Positions 58,561 to 64,000 of a stretch of DNA of 64,000 bases are shown one piece after another. Source of the stretch: Azolla caroliniana (Eukaryota; Plantae; Polypodiophyta). How positions within the stretch are numbered: position 1 is the first letter of the stretch; each line of letters starts with the position of its first letter. The notes beneath the pieces are model-generated. The model saw only the letters and a list, made by a program, of their open reading frames with translations, ran no database searches and was not told the DNA's origin. The position numbers were made by a program, and so were the translations under genes. Location: positions 11,284,001 to 11,348,000 of the forward strand of contig JBHGNT010000008.1 in NCBI GenBank assembly GCA_043228905.1, given 5' to 3'.

Positions 58561-61500
58561 GCTTCTTTAGCCGATCTGAACACTCCAACTTCTTTAGTCG
58601 GACCGAGATCGAATTTGGTATCCGATTCCGTTTTGCACACATCATCATGTCTCTCCTTTTCGGCTTCACGTCCCCCCCTCAAGTTCGGCATATCGAGGTG
58701 CTAGAGATCAAGTAGACCCAAAACTTGCCGCAACTTATCCAGGCCGAGATGTTTGGTGAAGTTGTCGGCAATCTTCCGATCCGTCGAAACATACACCAGT
58801 TCAACTTCACCAGATAGGACACACTCACGAAAAAAATGGTAGTGCACCTCAATGTGCTTTGTCAAGGCATGGAAGACAGGGCTCTTCGCCAGTTGGATGC
58901 TGATGAGGTTGTTGCAGTAGATCGTCGTCGGATCGGACACCTCCACATGCAAATCCTTCAGTAACCGTTTGAGCCAAATGGCTTTGCACGTTGCGACAGC
59001 CGCTCCTCGATACTCGGCCTTAGTGCTCGATAGTGCAATTGTCGACTACTTCTTGCTACTCCAGGAGACCGCGACGCTTCCAAGTGAGAACACATATCTG
59101 GATGTAGACCTACGGTCACCGACATGTTCGGCCCAATCGGCATCCGTGTAGCCGACAAGTTATCCTGCGACACCAGTCTGATGCAACAACCCCCTCTCCT
59201 TAGTGTTGTTGATGTATCTGAGTATTTGGTGCGCGCACTAAAGGTTCTCCACGGTCATATGCGACATGAATTGACAAATCAGTAAGACCAGATAACTAAG
59301 GTACGACCAAGTGATGGTCAGATATATGAGGCTTTCGACTATTTATCGGAACCTTCTCGAGTTGCATTGCATTCTGGAGTCGAGGCAGAGCTTCACATTC
59401 CAGTTTAGAGGAGTCGAGACGGGATTGCATTCGGTCATAGTCATACCGAATTTGAAGAGCATACGCAACACATACTAGCATTGACTGATCAGTATGCTTT
59501 CTGGGGTGCAGATCACTTCGATCTTGACGAAGTAATGAAGTTCCTCAAATTCTTCATTTCAAACGATGTTGCGAGGCTGGACTTGACGAGGTCAATTTCG
59601 TCCAAATCAGCGCCTGCGATGACTAAATCATCAACATATAGCAAAATGCTTATCGGCCCGTGCTGACCTCGCTGGATGAACAGTGAAGAGTCTGGCGTCA
59701 ACGCGGCATACCCCATCTAATGTAGTCTCTGCATGATTTTTGCGTCTCCGGCATGAGGAGCTTGCTTTAGTCCGTAGAGGAACTTCTTCAATCGGCAAAC
59801 AACCTATGTGTTCATTCCGGACTGAAATTCGGGGGGATGTACCATATATACATGTTTCGCAAGATCACTTTGCATGAACACGTTTTTTACATCCATTTGA
59901 TGTAGATGCGACCCCTTTGCCACTGCCACCGCAAGTAGAACATGGACAGTCGTCATCTTTGTGACCGACGCGAACGTCTCATCGTAGTTGATTCGTGCGA
60001 TTGCGCATAGCCCTTTGCCACTAACCGAGCCTTGTACCGGTTGACGGAGCCATCAGTGTTGTAATTGACCTTGTATACCCACTGGAAATTGATTGGCTTC
60101 ACTCCTTTCGGTACGTCCATCAAGTCTAATGTCTCATTCTCCATGAGCGCATGCATCTCTTCCTCCATGGCCTTCTACCAGTTCGGATCCTTCGCAGCTT
60201 CTGCATAGCTCTTCAGCTCATGCACGACTGCCACCTTCGCCATGTACGCATAATGATGCGCTATACACTTGTTATATTTGTACCGAACTACGGGGTTCTT
60301 CTAGCGGGTGGATCGGCACAATTTTTGCTCTGCCGGTTTCTTGGCCCTCTCTTCCGAATATCCGTCTCTATTCTTTCTGGAGTTAGATCCACTCCGATCC
60401 GACTCATCCCTACCGATGTCATACTCCAGCATCTTCTTCTTCCGCTTTTCCTTGCATGTGAACCGTCTCCTCGGTTCCTTACGCGGGGAGAGCATGGTTG
60501 AGTTTTCTCTACTCGGCGGCTCGTCATCCAGTTGACTACTTTGCCTCAACCAATTCGGATTCGGTACACTGATCTGGATTGAGGTTCCGATTCAGATTCC
60601 ACTATGCTTCCTTCGGTTCTTGAATCAATTGCTTTGTCCACAACAATCAACTCGGGTTCGGGTGATGAGAAGTACCAAGATGCGGATTCATTGAAAATGA
60701 AATCACAACTAACTTGGGGTTGCTTCAAACGAGGGTTGTAGCACTTATAGCCCTTCTACTTGTCAGAGTAGCCAACTAGGATGCACTTCTTAGAATTTGA
60801 ATCTAGTTTCTTTTGTTTTTCATCCGGCACATGCACATACGCAATGCTGCCGAATACCCAAAGGAGCGTCAAATTCGACTTTTGCTCGAAATACAGTTCG
60901 TATGGCAACATCGTTGTCCCTATTGCAGATATTCAATTTTGTATGTATCTGACGACAGTCCGAATTGCATCGGCCCAATAAATTCGGGGCATGCACTTCT
61001 CTTCTAGCATTGCCCTTGCTACTTCTACTAGTGTCTGATTCCGACGTTCAACCACGCGGTTTTGCTCTGACGTGTATCTACAGGAGAACTCGCGTCGGAT
61101 TTCCTTGGTCTGCAAATTAGTATTGAACTAGCCGAAAAAGTACTCTTTTCCACCATCTGATCTCAGACACTTGATTTCCTTCTGGTTTCTCGTTCAATAT
61201 GATTCATTAAGTCCCAGAAGCATGAGAAGACTTCACTCTTCTTCTTGATTAAGCAGATCCAGGTGTGTCGACAGAAATCGTCCATGAAGGAGAGGCAATA
61301 TCAACTCCGGCTGATGCTCACATTTTGAGCCAGTTCCCACACATCCGAATGGATGAGATCGAGCTGATTCCGGTTTCGATTCTTTTCATTGGGGAACATA
61401 AGCCTATGTTGCTTCCAGAGCTGGCAAGCTTCACATATTTGGCCTTTCCAGCCACTGAACTTCGGTAGTCTTGAAACCACGTGTTTCGACCTGCATCTCC

Positions 61501-61889
61501 TGAAGCTTCCGAAATTTGATGCCGCCTATCCTCTTATGCCACAAGTCGATGTCTGACTCGACCTTCTGCCTTTTCGCGAACATACCAGTGCCTACATCAT
61601 TGGTTTCGACGATGAACATTCTTCCATCTCAGTGCCCTTGTGCGATGATCCGACCTTCCTCCTCGATGAAGCATCCATGGTGAGTGAACCGGACTTGCAT
61701 TCCTTGATCTACGATCTAGCCGACCGACACCAAATTCTTGGTTATCGTCAGTACATGTAGGACGTTCCTCATGATTCCCTTCTGGACAACATGGCTTAGA
61801 GGGACATCTCTAATGTGCTCAATGGGATGTGGGGTGTCATCTCCGGTTCAATTGCTCCCGACTTCTCAAGCGTCTCGAGAAAAGAAAAC
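58561..61889 (-). pseudogene. Element J: heavily degenerate Copia pol (RH, RT, INT, pre-integrase), oldest layer
   Basis: HALTKHIE, YVDD, RYKARLVAKGY and LWHKRIG fragments; same broad family as H and I. Confidence 0.88.
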
Positions 61890-62295
61890 TGTAAAAGTTA
61901 ATATGCTGAAGCTTTGACAAAACTAGTTACACCGGATAGCAATAGAGAATAAACACACGTTTAATGGAAGCTTAGAATACACAGTTCACGAGAGAGATAG
62001 AGAGAGCCGAATATCATAAAATCAATTCAAAATAATAACACTCTGTACATACAATGTGCTCTGTGAGCAGTTTTATACAAGTCCTTACACCGACTCATAG
62101 AGGTACTAACATGTACTTCAATGCTTATACAAGCGACTGACACCGACTCCCAAAAATATGTATGCGTACTAGGCTAGATTCATAGGTCTCTCTATAACAA
62201 CTTACCAGTTAGAATTCGATCTGGCTCCTGGTTCCGAATACCATCTGGACACCGATCCAGTTCTTCGTTCCAGACTCCGATCCGGATCCGGTTAC
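61890..62295 (-). repeat. Truncated Copia LTR related to the H/I LTRs
   Basis: Starts TGTAAAAG; shares TTTATACAAGTCC and GTACTTCAATGCT with the I LTR. Confidence 0.7.
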
Positions 62296-63766
62296 TAAAT
62301 CTCTTCGTTATTTCTAGCAAATAATGGACTATGTGAAGAATCACTCGTCTCTTGGTCCTTTCGGATATACATAAGTTACTTGACAACTCACTCTCGTTGG
62401 GGACAATCATTGTCACTAGATTTAGCAGAAAAAATAGAGTGACTTGCGAGAGTAGTTAATGTTATATAGACTACACTAAGAAATGTTAGTCGAATGTTTT
62501 TAAATGGGGCCTACAAATGTGAGCAATCAAAACTTTCGGACATTAGAAATACGTTTCAAAAATAACAAATAATCATTTCTTTATATCACAGATTTTTGAA
62601 AATGAAAAAATTTAGTACTAAAAATGAAGATATAGAATTCTGAAAATGTAAAAATTAAGAAAAGGGGTGCTTACCAATGAAATCAATGATTTCTGAAGCC
62701 TCAAAAAAGTATTGGAATACTTCCAAGAATAGTGGCGGAAGTTTCAAATGAGTGGAAGAAGTGACAAAGATGAATACGGTATTGTGGCTCAAATCGGTGG
62801 ACAAACTCTCGAATCGATGGAGGATGCCTCGTATCTTAGCGATAATGTACCTCAAATCGGTGGAGGGAGCCTCAAATCTCCTCGACTTGGTGGAAAAAGC
62901 CTCAAATCACCGTGAGATGAAAAACTGAAATCGGTGGAAGAAGCCTGAAAGCGTTCTCGAAGAAGCCACTAATGGCTGTTATAAGAGGCCTTAGATCGGT
63001 CTCTAAGCCTCAACCCTTGTGTTAAAACATGTCTAGAGTTGAAGCACCCAAATATCTAAGATAGAGTTTATGCACTCTAATGATATACATGCGTAACAAA
63101 AACTCTGAGATGGGAGGACTACCCTAAACCTGACATGGATGTCCTAGATGTAGAGCTGAAAGGAAATCAGAGGGATAGAGGGAGAGGAGTTGGTTTGGGG
63201 GGAAGCACCAAAAAGCGTTCAAACCCACGTGAGGGGAAAATGGCCCCCAAAATGGAAAGAATATCTCCTCATGTGTTCCCCCCATTACTTGCCTTAAATG
63301 TCACTTGTACTACACTCATGCCACTCCCCAAAATCATTTTCTTTTTCACGATTTTTTTCTTCCAATTATTTAGTAGTAACAGTATCAAAAGAACTGACGT
63401 TTTTTGTAGCCAAAAACAATACTTTTCTGGTACATCATCATATGCTTCTACTCTAAAATAATCCTGTCTAGTAATGGTCATGGGTTGTCAGATCATCCTC
63501 TTCTTCATGAGTGATTGACCATGTTGTTGGTGCGTTGGCCAGTTCAGATTGGTTGGTGGTCACTTTAACCAATTGGGCTTTGATCAATCTTTTAGCCGAT
63601 TTGGAGTTGGCTATTGGAACTTTTGTCAATTCAGATTCAACAGGTGTGTTGTTGCTAGAGTTCGGGTTTGTTTCCCATAGCATCAATGCTCGCAGACGAT
63701 TGCTGCTAGCCGATCCAATCTGGCTTGAGACATATGGCCAAGTCAGCCATGCCATAGTGTAGCATC

Positions 63767-64000
63767 TGGCACTTTGGCTACATTGATTGTGCCGGGCTGA
63801 TCACGTTCAATAGGTACAAGTTATTGTACTTGCTGTCACATACAATTTTCATATTTCCTTTGTTGATAAGCCTTGACGACTTACCGAGTGTCGTCCTATA
63901 TACGGTTTTGAATAACATGCCCATGGAGACTAGAGTCCTCTTGAGCTCGGGTATGGACACAATGGCACTTTGGCTACATTGATTGTGCCGGGCTGATCAC
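63767..64000 (-). pseudogene. Possible Copia protease/pre-integrase fragment with a 196-bp duplication
   Basis: IPELKRTLVSMG...NNLYLL resembles the Copia linker; TGGCACTTTGGCTACATTG at 63767 and 63963. Confidence 0.5.

Noticed and set aside
62296-63760. Host gene or CACTA terminus (ACTACACTAAGAAA near 62470; AAATCGGTGGA repeats)
   Set aside because: No convincing ORF, no matching inverted repeat and no TSD; left unassigned.

Overview
This 64 kb window contains no recognisable host gene. It is a deeply nested cluster of plant-type LTR retrotransposons, probably from a non-flowering land plant (inference). Target-site duplications (TSDs) and interrupted reading frames resolve most of the nest. 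The oldest element is a minus-strand Ty1/Copia (J), which received three insertions: Gypsy D, Gypsy E (TSD CTTAA) and Copia H (TSD GCTTC). D holds non-autonomous element C, which holds Gypsy A, which holds Copia B (TSD TCATC). H holds Copia I (TSD CAAGT), which holds Gypsy F (TSD CTTGC); H also holds Gypsy G (4-bp TSD CCGA) and a solo LTR. Main novelty: three divergent Gypsy families (D, E, F) have no polypurine tract (PPT) next to the 3' LTR. They instead carry a 40-nt tRNA-Arg 3'-end mimic that ends in CCA, sits 2 nt before the LTR and shows covarying base pairs; it directly follows a large extra coiled-coil ORF. Second novelty: in a tRNA-Trp-primed Gypsy clade (A, C, G), A and G share a -1 frameshift signal (GGAUUUU plus stem/pseudoknot) between protease and RT, and all three have NCGN flanks. 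Coordinates were counted by hand and may be off by a few bases; family assignments are by motif recognition, not database search.
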